A program made the position numbers and the translations under genes. Shown piece by piece: positions 10,401-19,781 of a DNA stretch of 41,415 nt; position 1 is the stretch's first letter, and every line of letters begins with the position of its first letter. This DNA is from a virus (Duplodnaviria > Caudoviricetes), in IMG/VR virus record IMGVR_UViG_3300007643_000005, positions 1 to 41,415 of that record, one strand, 5' to 3'. The notes below the pieces were generated by a model. It was given only the letters and a program-made list of their open reading frames with translations, did no database searches and was not told the DNA's origin.

Positions 10401-11438
10401 ACCTGTGCAAATATTTCCGTCAGTCTTTTGAGTTATATTATGTAAAGCTACAAACAGATCTCCAGTTGCACCCAGTGAACCTGTTCTGTTGTGTTGCCCA
10501 AATATAGGAAATTGCAATGTTCCATCAGACCTCATATCCCACAACGAAAAGAAATTATGAGTTGTACCAAAACCTAGTGACTGAGAATTTCCTTTAGAGA
10601 AAAGAAAGCTATTGCTTGTCATCCATGTAGAGAAAGCAAGCTTACCATCCATGGTTTGATATGGATGCTGTACCTGTGACAGATCATGATGGCCAATTAA
10701 TTCAATATTTCCACCGTCCTCATCCATTAGATGCATAGCCATCACAGGATCGGTGCTGATTCCAGAGTCATGAAAAATTAAATTACGGAATGCACCCGTT
10801 CTGGTCGAAGTGAAAGCTATCTTATTCTGTATACCTGTAGTAGTAGAGACATAAGCAGGCCCGGAATCATAAACACCAGCTCCTGGAGAAGTAAGGTCAG
10901 AACTAACGCCGCTTGCTATGTTGACAGTCCTAAGCTTAGATCCTGTTGTATGTATTCGCTTGTTATTAGTAAATATAAACCCTGTAGTATCACTTGTGAC
11001 ATCAACAGAGTTGTTAAGCATATAGTGAGCAAAAGGGTGTTGCAGGTTGTGCAATGTTCCTTCAAATAATGCGTAAGTGACAGTCAATCCATCGAATGAT
11101 ACAGCTGCATCTAAGGCCGCACATGTTGTTCCACCAACTACACTTCCAGTAGTAGAGCAATCATGCAATACTGTCTCTACTCCAGCTGCATCTTTACGCA
11201 TCAGATCACATGGAGCGGTGAAGTCAGTGAGAGAATTCCTAACGTCTGGAACTTGGTCGAGAACGTCCATACCTCTGAACGTATAACTAGAACTTACTGG
11301 AACACCGCCGACTATCACGTCATCCGTAACGGTAAAATCTTGAGTAGTAGCAGCACACCTAGAATAAACAATAGGCGTTTCTGCGAAAATCGGAGCTGAA
11401 ACTATTAGCAGTAGAAGTAATGAGGCAAAACGAATCAT
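7500..11438 (-). CDS. Exported diheme c-type cytochrome, hydrazine synthase alpha-like, with C-terminal PKD/Ig repeats
   Basis: Signal peptide MIRFASLLLLLIVSAPIFA (ATG 11438); TolB-like KIAFTSTR; DTSFLIEMPAN...LKPKELKTCGGCH (9303-9317); EFTRDIRPILESRCVTCH (9087-9101); IARWINIGAP; DWNG/DWGG/VDWGDG repeats. Confidence 0.8.
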   Translation of the reverse strand: MIRFASLLLLLIVSAPIFAETPIVYSRCAATTQDFTVTDDVIVGGVPVSSSYTFRGMDVLDQVPDVRNSLTDFTAPCDLMRKDAAGVETVLHDCSTTGSVVGGTTCAALDAAVSFDGLTVTYALFEGTLHNLQHPFAHYMLNNSVDVTSDTTGFIFTNNKRIHTTGSKLRTVNIASGVSSDLTSPGAGVYDSGPAYVSTTTGIQNKIAFTSTRTGAFRNLIFHDSGISTDPVMAMHLMDEDGGNIELIGHHDLSQVQHPYQTMDGKLAFSTWMTSNSFLFSKGNSQSLGFGTTHNFFSLWDMRSDGTLQFPIFGQHNRTGSLGATGDLFVALHNITQKTDGNICTGDYYRQNNNALGSVFCFQREPEGQEGRVPVVTDKNDFFLPNVVSKLSTWGTMRDNAAHIVPTFPDVPTALTHANYTGIMPWYGKAGFPFALPSNGLGIVWGVGSCSIIGFHEVWTALGMSAPFLTTGNGNGVTPYLVTELSDEMISRGLDGDIPGCNLGIYRTTVNPSTTPADLVLMADSRDWHEIYPRAAVPYTDIYGISQPAVLVTPTSDAIPKGSPFGMLGAASVVDRETRHPAGIMIDPTDFGHSDIHNMFGTDAFDYTDDEICGVEIIAIHPNEIGNIGENIITPLGERQTFLGQVYTRNKDVNGDPILDINGNEDTSFLIEMPANIAYTMSGIDCDGNALNRDQAWQSLKPKELKTCGGCHVHSRPPLVQFSQSHAATPGFVHTQLGKGNVPMLAGLDVNGDIQIDNFVGYDYVPEFTRDIRPILESRCVTCHATGGSPGAGSSPRLEAGLVLDDFSVGPTGLPSKTGSTHYRLVEDNGQIYVPSALRKNIENGNSSNYFVRPQLTRYIKLNNARGSLLYWKLVGSRTDNRLDTDHATDIDFGSVHPATTVTAEEIKTIARWINIGAPAGSGTDYLTDTHKPTLVMSAIIDGGAGNTITGFNIGTVDLGSGIDVGTLNVCLRNGGTCTNIAPAAQLHGITTFNLGTPISDVNQIVEASVSDISGNTRDISFDAGFLLAAGGGAGTPSQVVINVGGSATVNVGDTFSRTITFSDGEDTNADGWTYSIDWNGTTENGSVAAGLSSFNISRLMSSAGPFPVTVTITDDVGETANGSFTITVDSVGGPGDLTISTGGDAIVNEGTTFTRTVSFTDGTDTGGDGWTVVVDWGGTIENLNVAAGLSSFDISRLMPDGDAVMTVSVDMTDVAGDVDSGSFQLTTLNVNPRGTITGADTVAVDALYSISIAVTDPGDDTIQLTSVDWGDGTFNNEVTHTYTQPCSCKIKVQVVDEDGVFTVARKTVTVQ

Positions 11439-11540
11439 ATCTTTATGGCCTTTAATATGTGATTGCATTTAATGCTGTTATTGAAGTTGCTGCACTTGCT
11501 AAAGCTATTTGTAATCAGGTTTTCGTTAGATGCGAAACCT

Positions 11541-11972
11541 CTAACCTTCATCCCTTGCCGCCTTTACATCTTTAATCGTCACGTCTCTTTTATAATTCCG
11601 ATCTGCCCAGCTTTCCATAATGACCCCCAAAGCTAAGATTCCTGCTTTGTGTTCCGCCTGAAATTCTGGAATAAGCGTGTCAGAAACCAGATCATCAAGA
11701 ACATTGGATAACGCCACCTCGTTTTCTGAAATACGAATATCAAAACGTTCAAAAAACTCCAGCCCATCAACCGCCATTTCCGCAGCAACTGATGAACCTT
11801 TTTTGACAGAGATCCAACAGTTCTTCAAAAACATGTATCGTTTTATTTCGTATGACTCAATGGGCTGCTTCCCCGTTATATTTTTATTGTTGAGTGCAAT
11901 GACAATTTCCTCGTCAGTATCACCAGCGTGATCAGCAGTAATCTTGGCTTGCAGCACCGCATAATCTGTCAT
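11541..11972 (-). CDS. Hypothetical phage tail-region protein
   Basis: ATGA overlap with the upstream tail gene. Confidence 0.6.
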   Translation of the reverse strand: MTDYAVLQAKITADHAGDTDEEIVIALNNKNITGKQPIESYEIKRYMFLKNCWISVKKGSSVAAEMAVDGLEFFERFDIRISENEVALSNVLDDLVSDTLIPEFQAEHKAGILALGVIMESWADRNYKRDVTIKDVKAARDEG

Positions 11973-13312
11973 TCTGTAAGTCCCTCAATCTCTATGGAAA
12001 CCAAGGATTCATTTTCATAGGGAATCTCAATACTGAAATCAGCAAAGAAACCAAAAACCATCGTTAATGAAATGGTGCCGGCGCCAATGTACACAATTGG
12101 CTTTGCCCTAAATCCAGTGAGTTTGACAAACAAAACCGCAAGATCAGAATTTTGTACGATTGTTATTAACTGAATTGTTTTACTGAAATCACGCTCAAGA
12201 ATGTCGTAATTACCAAAATCATCACGGTCTTTAACGCTGAAATCCTGCATATCCAACTTAAGGCCATATTCCGTATCGCCATAGGACAACAACTTACCCA
12301 TCACGCATGAGCCGCAAAATACCGTCTCACCGATCGCCGTTAATGTAATCTCAATATCAACATCCGAATAAGCGCTGGGCAGATCATTAAACAGAACACT
12401 ATCAGAACGCTCTGTCTTGCCTGTGATTGCACTATGGGCTTCAGTGGTTTTGGTGGTATCGTAAACAACTGTTGATCCGGCGTTTTCAGTAACCTTAACG
12501 CGCACAGTCACGGCATTAATCTTGAAGAATGCAATCGAATCGGTAACTGTCTTCAGGGTGTAGGTATTAGCAATTGAATCGAGATTACTGGTCTGCGTAG
12601 TCACCTTGCTATCATGCATTCGCCATCTATTTGTCGCACCCACACGCGACCAATGTTCCTTGTCTGTATATGGCGCACGGCAGAATATGGTTGCACCAGA
12701 TCCTTGGCTGATACTGACTATGTAAGTCCCTGTGCCTCCACTGCCGTTGCCGAATGAAACGATACGTGTGCCAGCAACAATCCCTGATCCACTGACTATC
12801 ATTCCAACAGCGAGAACACCAGAAGCTACCCCGGTGACACTCATCACTGTGCCACTTACCGTGGCAGTTGCTTGCGCTGATTCCAGCTTGGCTTCATACA
12901 CACTGTGAACAGTTGCGATTGCTGTATGGGTACCTGACTGTGATCCACCTGTATTAATCGGTGTTCCACCTGGTTCGAGCGCCAGTTTGAATGTATCAAA
13001 ATCAGAATCAACAACATAGTAAACTTGATCAGCTACTATGCCGGTCGGCAATGCGCCGGTTGTTGTGAATTGAACTGCAGTATCATCTACCAATAAATGG
13101 TTGACCCATGAAACAACGCATGGCGTTGCTATGGATAAGGTAACAGTGTTTGTTACGCTGGTTACCTGCCGGCGATCCCCAACCGATACAGATTCAGTAA
13201 CACTGAATTCTGTATATTCTGATTCAGTTACATTACTACTAACCAAATGATGATCAGAAACAACAAAAGGCGCTTTACCTGTAGCAAATACTGCGGGATC
13301 AATTAACTCCAT
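11969..13312 (-). CDS. Post-tape-measure tail protein with inserted beta domains
   Basis: TAATG coupling to the TMP stop gives a start at 13312; W..VGATNRWRM.D and DFS.KDRDDFGN motifs. Confidence 0.75.
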   Translation of the reverse strand: MELIDPAVFATGKAPFVVSDHHLVSSNVTESEYTEFSVTESVSVGDRRQVTSVTNTVTLSIATPCVVSWVNHLLVDDTAVQFTTTGALPTGIVADQVYYVVDSDFDTFKLALEPGGTPINTGGSQSGTHTAIATVHSVYEAKLESAQATATVSGTVMSVTGVASGVLAVGMIVSGSGIVAGTRIVSFGNGSGGTGTYIVSISQGSGATIFCRAPYTDKEHWSRVGATNRWRMHDSKVTTQTSNLDSIANTYTLKTVTDSIAFFKINAVTVRVKVTENAGSTVVYDTTKTTEAHSAITGKTERSDSVLFNDLPSAYSDVDIEITLTAIGETVFCGSCVMGKLLSYGDTEYGLKLDMQDFSVKDRDDFGNYDILERDFSKTIQLITIVQNSDLAVLFVKLTGFRAKPIVYIGAGTISLTMVFGFFADFSIEIPYENESLVSIEIEGLTE

Positions 13313-16300
13313 TATGCCGCCCTCTCTTTCGGCATACCTACCTTTTCCCACTTGTCCAAAGTTTTCTTAACTTTGTTATTGCTGACTGTTGATGTTTCTG
13401 TCGCTTTCAATACTTTGCTCATCAATCCAACAAGCTCTTTACGTTCAGCTCTCTCATTATCAACAAAAGCTTTCGGCTTAACTTGCTCGCCTTTATGAGC
13501 AAATACAGGCATGTCGCGCGGTATGAAATTTGTACCAACCCTAAGTCTTGGCAGGTCGTTTTCATCCGCGAATTGATTGATCTGGTCAACTGTGAACGGG
13601 CTATTAGCAGCTAATTGCAGGCCCGTAACATTATTATCACGCGCAGCATTATAAATAGTTAACGGATCATCATTCGCCGCTAAGAAATCTTGTATCTGTG
13701 CGCCAGTGATATTAGGGTTACCGTTGAATGGTGTTGAACCACCCAGACCGGCGACCGTTGAACCGCCTGACCCTGCAATTCTCGTGTTGAAATTACCTAA
13801 CGCATCATTAACGCTAAGATTAGATAATTTACTATCAATTCCGTTGAGCGCATCAAGCTGCAACTGTGCATTAGAAATAATCGAGTCAAGCCGCCCTATT
13901 TCAGTATTGAACCCTATCGTCAATGCATCCAGGCTTTGTTCCTGGGCGGTCAGTTGGTCATCTGTAATACCGCCCAACTGATCCAATAATGAGGTGTTTT
14001 CTTCTTGGCTGCGCACAAACTCTTCACGGGTACGAAACGCGCTTGTGTCGTTTTTTGATAAAACAGCAAGAGAAGTCCTGACACTATTCAAATCAACAAC
14101 ATTGCCACTTCTGGACTGGGCTATCGCACCTCTTAAATTATTTTTTGCTTGATCCAAACCTAACGGATTAATGGCCTCAGTCGTTGATTTCAACGCACTT
14201 GATAAACTGGTTAATTTCCCGATTGAATCATTTACTTCTTTGATTGAATCGTTGTATTGATTAGTCAGTTTGTTGCGCTCCGCATCTACGCTTTGTTGCA
14301 ACCCTGAGAATGAATCGTTCACGCCAATTAATTGGCTATCTTTAAACGCCTGCGCAGCATCAATTGAATCCTGCTTTACTTGCTCTGCGGTATCAATTGA
14401 GGCTTGACTTACTTGCTCTGCAGCGTCTTTAACAATGAGAAATGACCCAGCCACATCGAATAATTTATTTGCAGATTCAGCGCCTTGCTCACCCAAGAAT
14501 ATAAATGACTTAAGAAGATCACCAAATTCACCCTTGGAAATCGACTCGGCTGTTTCACCAAATTCTGACAGGGTTTTATTGACAGCCTGCGAAGCAAGAT
14601 CTACTTTTTCTGCATCAGTCAGGAAATTATTTGCAAAGAATTGTGTTTTTTGGCTTACGGCATCAATGCCGCCTAACGAATCGATTAAAGCTGTTCTAGT
14701 TTCAAATGAAAATCCGCTAATGAGACTTGACGAATCCTGCAGAGACAGACCAAAAACATTCCCAGCATTGGTCAAAGTCGTCATCTCACCACTTAACCTA
14801 CTTAATGTATTAGCGTAAGTCTCGCTGCCCCTGGTCAATTCGGAAATATTTGGTAACACACTCTCAGCAATAGAATCACTAAGTCGCGCCATTTCAGCAG
14901 CAATCTGCTCTTGACTAATGGCTTTTTTCTTTTCTGACTGAATAGCAACATTGAACGTAAGATTATCAAGTGCTTGCGCATCAAGATTCAGATTCTCTGC
15001 TAATGCTCGAGTAGAGCCAAAGAATGCTTTTATTGAATCATCGAACAGACCCAATATTTCATCAGCATTTGCCGCGTCTTGCTGGCTATGTTTATTGCCG
15101 CGCAATAGACCGCCTTTGCTGCGGAACACGTCTGTAACAAACGAGCCCCCAAAACCACTTTCTGAAGCGTTACCACCAAGAAACTGCTGTCTAAATTTGG
15201 ATTCCCCGCGCCCAAAAATACCTGTCAATATTCCGCCGAAATCTGGCAGGAATTTTCCGATCACAGGAATTTGACTCAAAGGATTAATAATTTTATTTAA
15301 CGTGCTTCCTGTAACCCCTGCTATTTTATTGTCGTTAGCTATTAGGTCATTAAATCCTTTTGTTAATAAAGCAGCACCTAAAACCAGCCCCCCGGAAGCA
15401 AGCGACAATCCACCGGTAGCACCAAGACCAGAACCACCAATAGCAGTTCCAGGCCCACCAATAAACGCCGTCCCAGCGCCACCAGTGCCGGATGCAAACA
15501 CTGATCCACCTAGAAAAGACCTTGCGCTTGCTAATCCTCCTAGTAAACTTGATCCAACGTTAGCCAGATCAAACGAACCAGAAGCACCTGATGCCGCAGC
15601 AGATCCAGAAGCAAACAGCGATCCAATCCCGATACTTCGAGCCAGTCCTAATGCTGCAAATTCAGACCCAATACGTCCAGCCGTAGAAATGGCATTTCTC
15701 AGCATTCCTTTGAGTCCATCATCAAAGAAATTGAATATGCTATTTGCTAAGGCTGATTGGATGTTACGGCCAGATTGTATCCACAACTGATCCATCTGGC
15801 TTGTTGTAGATCGAGTAACGTTTGCAATCTCTTCCGTTTTCTCAATAACACCCGACGTGGCATCAATGTATTCATTGATTGCTTTAGTCGATTCCGCGTT
15901 AAATATATTCTCTGGTAAACCAGCTTCACGTTTTTCAAGCAATCGTGCAAGCCTCTCATTTCTCTCAATCAGCGGATCATAAGCACGGGTTAGTTTTTCT
16001 ATATCCCGTTTTAATGATTCTGCTTCACGTTCTTGTCCTTGCTCTGCCTTAGTTAAAGTGTTTGCGCTGCGCGATGTTTTGGTGAATTGCTTATCTATAT
16101 CAGCCAGAGTTTGAGCGAATGTTTTAACTGCAGACGATGCTTTTTCACTTTCCCCGGTTATATCCTCAATCTCATCAGTGGTTTGTGAAATACCCTTGCT
16201 TACATCTTCTATCTGACTACGGTTTGCAATCAACGCACCAATCGGCCCCAGTGATGCCAACCCAACTGTTTTGGCAAGCGAACCAAGCCCAACCAATACA

Positions 16301-17109
16301 CCCTGCAAGATGCCACCTTGCTCGGCGGCTTCTGCCATTTCTGTGGCGACTTCTGATAAAGAACTAACCAACCCGATGGTTAATTGCTGCGCCAATACGC
16401 CGGACGATCTGCCAAGCCTATCCAGATTGTCGTTAAAAACTTCTGCACGCGCTGCCGATTCTGCCGTGACTGGGTTGTATTTTTGCCCTTCAGTCACCAA
16501 ATCACGTAGCCGATCAGACCCACCTGATAGCAACGGCACCAAATCGGCCATCCGGTCACCAAGCAGTGAAGTGACGGCAACTGCACGATCTTGCTCACCC
16601 AAATCCTGAACAGCATCAGCTAAAGCAAAAAACTGTTCTTCCGGGGTCTTGGATTTCAAATCCTCCAGGTCAATACCTAGTGCCCTGAGGATTTCTGAAT
16701 TTTTATTGAGCGCACCGGATGAATCAGCGACGATACGCGAGAATGAGCGCACACCCTTCGCAGTTGTTTCAAGGCTTGTGCCTGATTGTGATGCAGCAAA
16801 ATCAAGCCCAGCAAGTGTCTCAACAGCAAGCCCAGTTTTCTGAGAAAGCTTTCCTATTTCATCCTGAAAATCAATAATGCCTTTAATTTTGCCAAAGCCT
16901 TGATTGATCCCAACCAGTGACGCAATAACACCAGCCGCACCCAAAGCCATACTTTTAAATGCTTGCTTGGCTGCACGCTCCGCACGGTCAAATTGCCGCT
17001 GTGAATTTTGGGCGAACTTCAGCGCTGATTGGTCCGTTTTGCTTAAGCCTTGCGTGTATTCCGCATGGTTTAAAGCGAGTTTAACGACCAGTGAGCCTAA
17101 CGCTGACAT
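13312..17109 (-). CDS. Tail tape measure protein
   Basis: 1265 aa, helical and Ala/Gly-rich; MSALGSLVVKL start; follows the tail chaperones. Confidence 0.93.
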   Translation of the reverse strand: MSALGSLVVKLALNHAEYTQGLSKTDQSALKFAQNSQRQFDRAERAAKQAFKSMALGAAGVIASLVGINQGFGKIKGIIDFQDEIGKLSQKTGLAVETLAGLDFAASQSGTSLETTAKGVRSFSRIVADSSGALNKNSEILRALGIDLEDLKSKTPEEQFFALADAVQDLGEQDRAVAVTSLLGDRMADLVPLLSGGSDRLRDLVTEGQKYNPVTAESAARAEVFNDNLDRLGRSSGVLAQQLTIGLVSSLSEVATEMAEAAEQGGILQGVLVGLGSLAKTVGLASLGPIGALIANRSQIEDVSKGISQTTDEIEDITGESEKASSAVKTFAQTLADIDKQFTKTSRSANTLTKAEQGQEREAESLKRDIEKLTRAYDPLIERNERLARLLEKREAGLPENIFNAESTKAINEYIDATSGVIEKTEEIANVTRSTTSQMDQLWIQSGRNIQSALANSIFNFFDDGLKGMLRNAISTAGRIGSEFAALGLARSIGIGSLFASGSAAASGASGSFDLANVGSSLLGGLASARSFLGGSVFASGTGGAGTAFIGGPGTAIGGSGLGATGGLSLASGGLVLGAALLTKGFNDLIANDNKIAGVTGSTLNKIINPLSQIPVIGKFLPDFGGILTGIFGRGESKFRQQFLGGNASESGFGGSFVTDVFRSKGGLLRGNKHSQQDAANADEILGLFDDSIKAFFGSTRALAENLNLDAQALDNLTFNVAIQSEKKKAISQEQIAAEMARLSDSIAESVLPNISELTRGSETYANTLSRLSGEMTTLTNAGNVFGLSLQDSSSLISGFSFETRTALIDSLGGIDAVSQKTQFFANNFLTDAEKVDLASQAVNKTLSEFGETAESISKGEFGDLLKSFIFLGEQGAESANKLFDVAGSFLIVKDAAEQVSQASIDTAEQVKQDSIDAAQAFKDSQLIGVNDSFSGLQQSVDAERNKLTNQYNDSIKEVNDSIGKLTSLSSALKSTTEAINPLGLDQAKNNLRGAIAQSRSGNVVDLNSVRTSLAVLSKNDTSAFRTREEFVRSQEENTSLLDQLGGITDDQLTAQEQSLDALTIGFNTEIGRLDSIISNAQLQLDALNGIDSKLSNLSVNDALGNFNTRIAGSGGSTVAGLGGSTPFNGNPNITGAQIQDFLAANDDPLTIYNAARDNNVTGLQLAANSPFTVDQINQFADENDLPRLRVGTNFIPRDMPVFAHKGEQVKPKAFVDNERAERKELVGLMSKVLKATETSTVSNNKVKKTLDKWEKVGMPKERAA

Positions 17110-17489
17110 TCTGCTTTTATTTCCTCAATGGTTTCTAATGCAGCCCGTTCCATGAATTTGATTTCACTAAAGAGTTTTGCGCGCCTTCTCTTTCCGTAAA
17201 CATTCATCATATTCATAGTTGATTCGATTGCTTTATGGCACAGCCCGATGCATTGGCCGCTTTTAATAATCCATTGCGTACTGACTGCAAAAAAAAACTG
17301 GGCAGTCGCCCAGTTATCTTTCCAAACCTCACAGTCTTCTGACCCCACTGCATTTAGTTGCTGCATGACTGATTCGATTACTTCTGGTGGCGCATTTGCA
17401 CGCAGAAGCCCGTCGATTACGTCATTGTCAAATCTGGTTTGTTTTTTTCGGTAGCCCGCCCAATAACGAGCTACCGCTTCAAGTTTTTT
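17097..17489 (-). CDS. Tail assembly chaperone, frameshifted GT part (DUF1799-like)
   Basis: EVWKDNW...FF..STQW...GL motif; the frame is open up to the slippery site. Confidence 0.8.
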   Translation of the reverse strand, partial: KKLEAVARYWAGYRKKQTRFDNDVIDGLLRANAPPEVIESVMQQLNAVGSEDCEVWKDNWATAQFFFAVSTQWIIKSGQCIGLCHKAIESTMNMMNVYGKRRRAKLFSEIKFMERAALETIEEIKAECQR

Positions 17490-17809
17490 AGTTTTTGGTT
17501 ACTAAATGCTTCCCAGAAACTTACAGCCATTCCAGCTGTTACTTCAGGAATAGACAATAACGCTTCTTTTGTCTCATCATTAAACGGCACGGGCTGACCT
17601 TCATCATCCAGAAACTGGTCCCATCCAACCAACTTTTCACGCGCCACATCAGCCATTGACATACCCAATAGACGCTCCATTTCATTCGCATCTGAGCGAA
17701 TAAATGTAGCGACAAAAGTGCTTTTATCATGGCCACATTTTTCGTTTGGTGTTAACACCTCGATATTCACAGAAAATTTCTGCTTTACTGTTGATAATTT
17801 AAATGCCAT
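17471..17809 (-). CDS. Tail assembly chaperone (gpG-like)
   Basis: Between tube and TMP; LVGWD...DDEGQPVPF motif. Confidence 0.85.
   Translation of the reverse strand: MAFKLSTVKQKFSVNIEVLTPNEKCGHDKSTFVATFIRSDANEMERLLGMSMADVAREKLVGWDQFLDDEGQPVPFNDETKEALLSIPEVTAGMAVSFWEAFSNQKLKNLKR
17483..17489 (-). promoter_or_regulatory. -1 ribosomal frameshift heptamer A-AAA-AAC
   Basis: CTA AAA AAC TTG AAG CGG TAG; the -1 frame reads LEAVARYWAG...MQQLN without a stop. Confidence 0.85.
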
Positions 17810-17818
17810 TTTTATCCT

Positions 17819-18760
17819 TTACGCCACTGTTATAGTAATTTCATCGTTACCGGTATTGGGCTGCAAATCCAATGTCGCATTGAGCATTTGAATGCCATCT
17901 GATTCAGCGTACTGGGGAGATGTTAATTGCACTTTTGGCGCATCAACTTGCAGAATTTGCCCGGCTATACTTCCATGCACCATTTGCAATGCGTCAAGCG
18001 TGCCAAGCCTTACCGCCTCATGCCAGGCTTTTGTTGCAACGCTGACCATTTCCATACTGATTTGGCCAGACGGCGCGCGGTCTGTCATAACCACATCTTC
18101 ACTGCCGATGAGGTTTCTATACTTGACCTCGTTGTTCATGGCGATTGAAAAATTTTCAACAGCTGCATCACCAGCAGTAACACCATGCAGTGTCATTGTC
18201 GGGGTGTTGACCTTGTTCACTGCTAATGGCGCCAGGAATCCAGAATAATCTGTGCCGGCAGGTAATACAGCATCAGCTACCGTTGTATATAAACCTGTAA
18301 ATTTAAATTTAAATACAGGTATAGATTTGGCGTTTAGTTCAATCGAGAAGTCCCCACGACAACTGGTCATTTTGTGCCACAAGCCATCCAGATAATAATA
18401 AATAGTCACGGTCTCTGGATCATTTGTGACCGGCGCATAAACGACATCAACACCTGCTGTAACCGTTTCACTAAACGCACATGCTTGCAGTAACGGGCCG
18501 TATGCTGGTGCAGTGCCTGCAGCGCCTGCGCTAGCAAATTCAATTTCAAACTCAATTTCTGAGTAGTTTGAAACTTGAATTTTTCCGCCCGAACCAAAAT
18601 ACGGCCTGATAGTATTTCGATCTGCAAACTCAGCAACCACAGGCTGCGCGCCAATTGTCGAAGCAAGCATGGCGTTAGCGCCTGCTGTCGGCAAGGAATC
18701 GGTACCGGGTGTTAATTCCAGTTTTGCTAACAGCAATACATTACGTGTAAATTTTGACAT
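17819..18760 (-). CDS. Major tail tube protein
   Basis: 313 aa; GTAPAYGPLLQAC and GNDEITIT motifs; position. Confidence 0.85.
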   Translation of the reverse strand: MSKFTRNVLLLAKLELTPGTDSLPTAGANAMLASTIGAQPVVAEFADRNTIRPYFGSGGKIQVSNYSEIEFEIEFASAGAAGTAPAYGPLLQACAFSETVTAGVDVVYAPVTNDPETVTIYYYLDGLWHKMTSCRGDFSIELNAKSIPVFKFKFTGLYTTVADAVLPAGTDYSGFLAPLAVNKVNTPTMTLHGVTAGDAAVENFSIAMNNEVKYRNLIGSEDVVMTDRAPSGQISMEMVSVATKAWHEAVRLGTLDALQMVHGSIAGQILQVDAPKVQLTSPQYAESDGIQMLNATLDLQPNTGNDEITITVA

Positions 18761-18951
18761 TACGCCTCCTTAGGTTTCTGTTGTTCAGCTACAGCAGGAA
18801 GAACAGGCTTACGCTTACCGGTCAGAGGATCAATTGTGAAGCGACCGCTTTTACCTGCATTCTCGTCTGTTGTAATGGCCGCTAGCCTTTTCTTCAAAGA
18901 TTGCTGACGCGCATCTTCTACTTTTTCCCTTTCTTTAACATCGTTTCCCAC
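18760..18951 (-). CDS. Small hypothetical phage protein
   Basis: GGAGG RBS; coupled to the tube gene. Confidence 0.6.
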   Translation of the reverse strand: MGNDVKEREKVEDARQQSLKKRLAAITTDENAGKSGRFTIDPLTGKRKPVLPAVAEQQKPKEA

Positions 18952-18959
18952 ATTACCTC

Positions 18960-19301
18960 CTAACTGGTTGTCCTAATTCTGAATTCGATATATTTCCCGT
19001 ACACATCAGGCAAATCTTCATACTCTGCATCACCGCTTCCTTCCTCGCCCATCCACCCTGTGACTGCTTCCATTGCCGTCCTAATTTGTGGAAGATAAGT
19101 TTCAAAGTCCAGTCTTGATCTAGACATCAAATGAACCGTAACAACATGTTGCGTACGCTTTGCACCTTTCACCCAATTCTTTTCATCTTCACTTTCAATC
19201 TCGAATACAATGGCAGGCCAAATAGGTTCTGGTTGCTCAACCGCCCATGTATTAGCCAGCACCGCAGACAATACGGAAGTGATGGTTTCATCAAGAGTCA
19301 T
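18960..19301 (-). CDS. Tail terminator / completion protein (DUF3168-like)
   Basis: Size, position and WPAIVF motif. Confidence 0.7.
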   Translation of the reverse strand: MTLDETITSVLSAVLANTWAVEQPEPIWPAIVFEIESEDEKNWVKGAKRTQHVVTVHLMSRSRLDFETYLPQIRTAMEAVTGWMGEEGSGDAEYEDLPDVYGKYIEFRIRTTS

Positions 19302-19781
19302 TTAAGCGGCCTTAGCTAAATCTTTGGAAAGCTGCACACCCATAGCAGCAGCAGCCTGAGTGCGTTTGTTTTTGAAGGCTTGCTCAATGAATGAAGTACC
19401 CTTCCTGCGTGACGTATCGAATTCCAGGAAACGCCAATAAAACGGGTCATTCTGTCGCCTGGTAACAACCCGCCCACTTCTTTTATCAACCGCCAGAAAT
19501 TTAATAACCCGCTTGCCATTACCAAGATCACGGCCATGCCTAACGCCCAGGTTATATTGCTCAGTTCCCTGTGGTGCATTACGCTCTCGCTTGATGGCAA
19601 TGTTGCGAATTAATGCGCCTGATTTTTTCAACCCGCGCGCAGTTGCAATTGTTTTGGCTTCTTTACGCAACACCCGCCCACCCGATGCGACCATACGTCG
19701 GCCTGTTTTGAGCTTCATGTCAGATCGTAGTTTTTTAAACTCACCCCTTAGATCACCAAGCCCAGTAACACTAGCCATCAT
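19302..19781 (-). CDS. HK97 gp10-like tail component
   Basis: SVTGLGDL, KSGAL..NI and PFYWRFLEF motifs. Confidence 0.88.
   Translation of the reverse strand: MMASVTGLGDLRGEFKKLRSDMKLKTGRRMVASGGRVLRKEAKTIATARGLKKSGALIRNIAIKRERNAPQGTEQYNLGVRHGRDLGNGKRVIKFLAVDKRSGRVVTRRQNDPFYWRFLEFDTSRRKGTSFIEQAFKNKRTQAAAAMGVQLSKDLAKAA

Noticed and set aside
7500-11438. True anammox hydrazine synthase
   Set aside because: No beta/gamma subunit genes; HZS-alpha-like domains occur in non-anammox bacteria; extra PKD repeats are present
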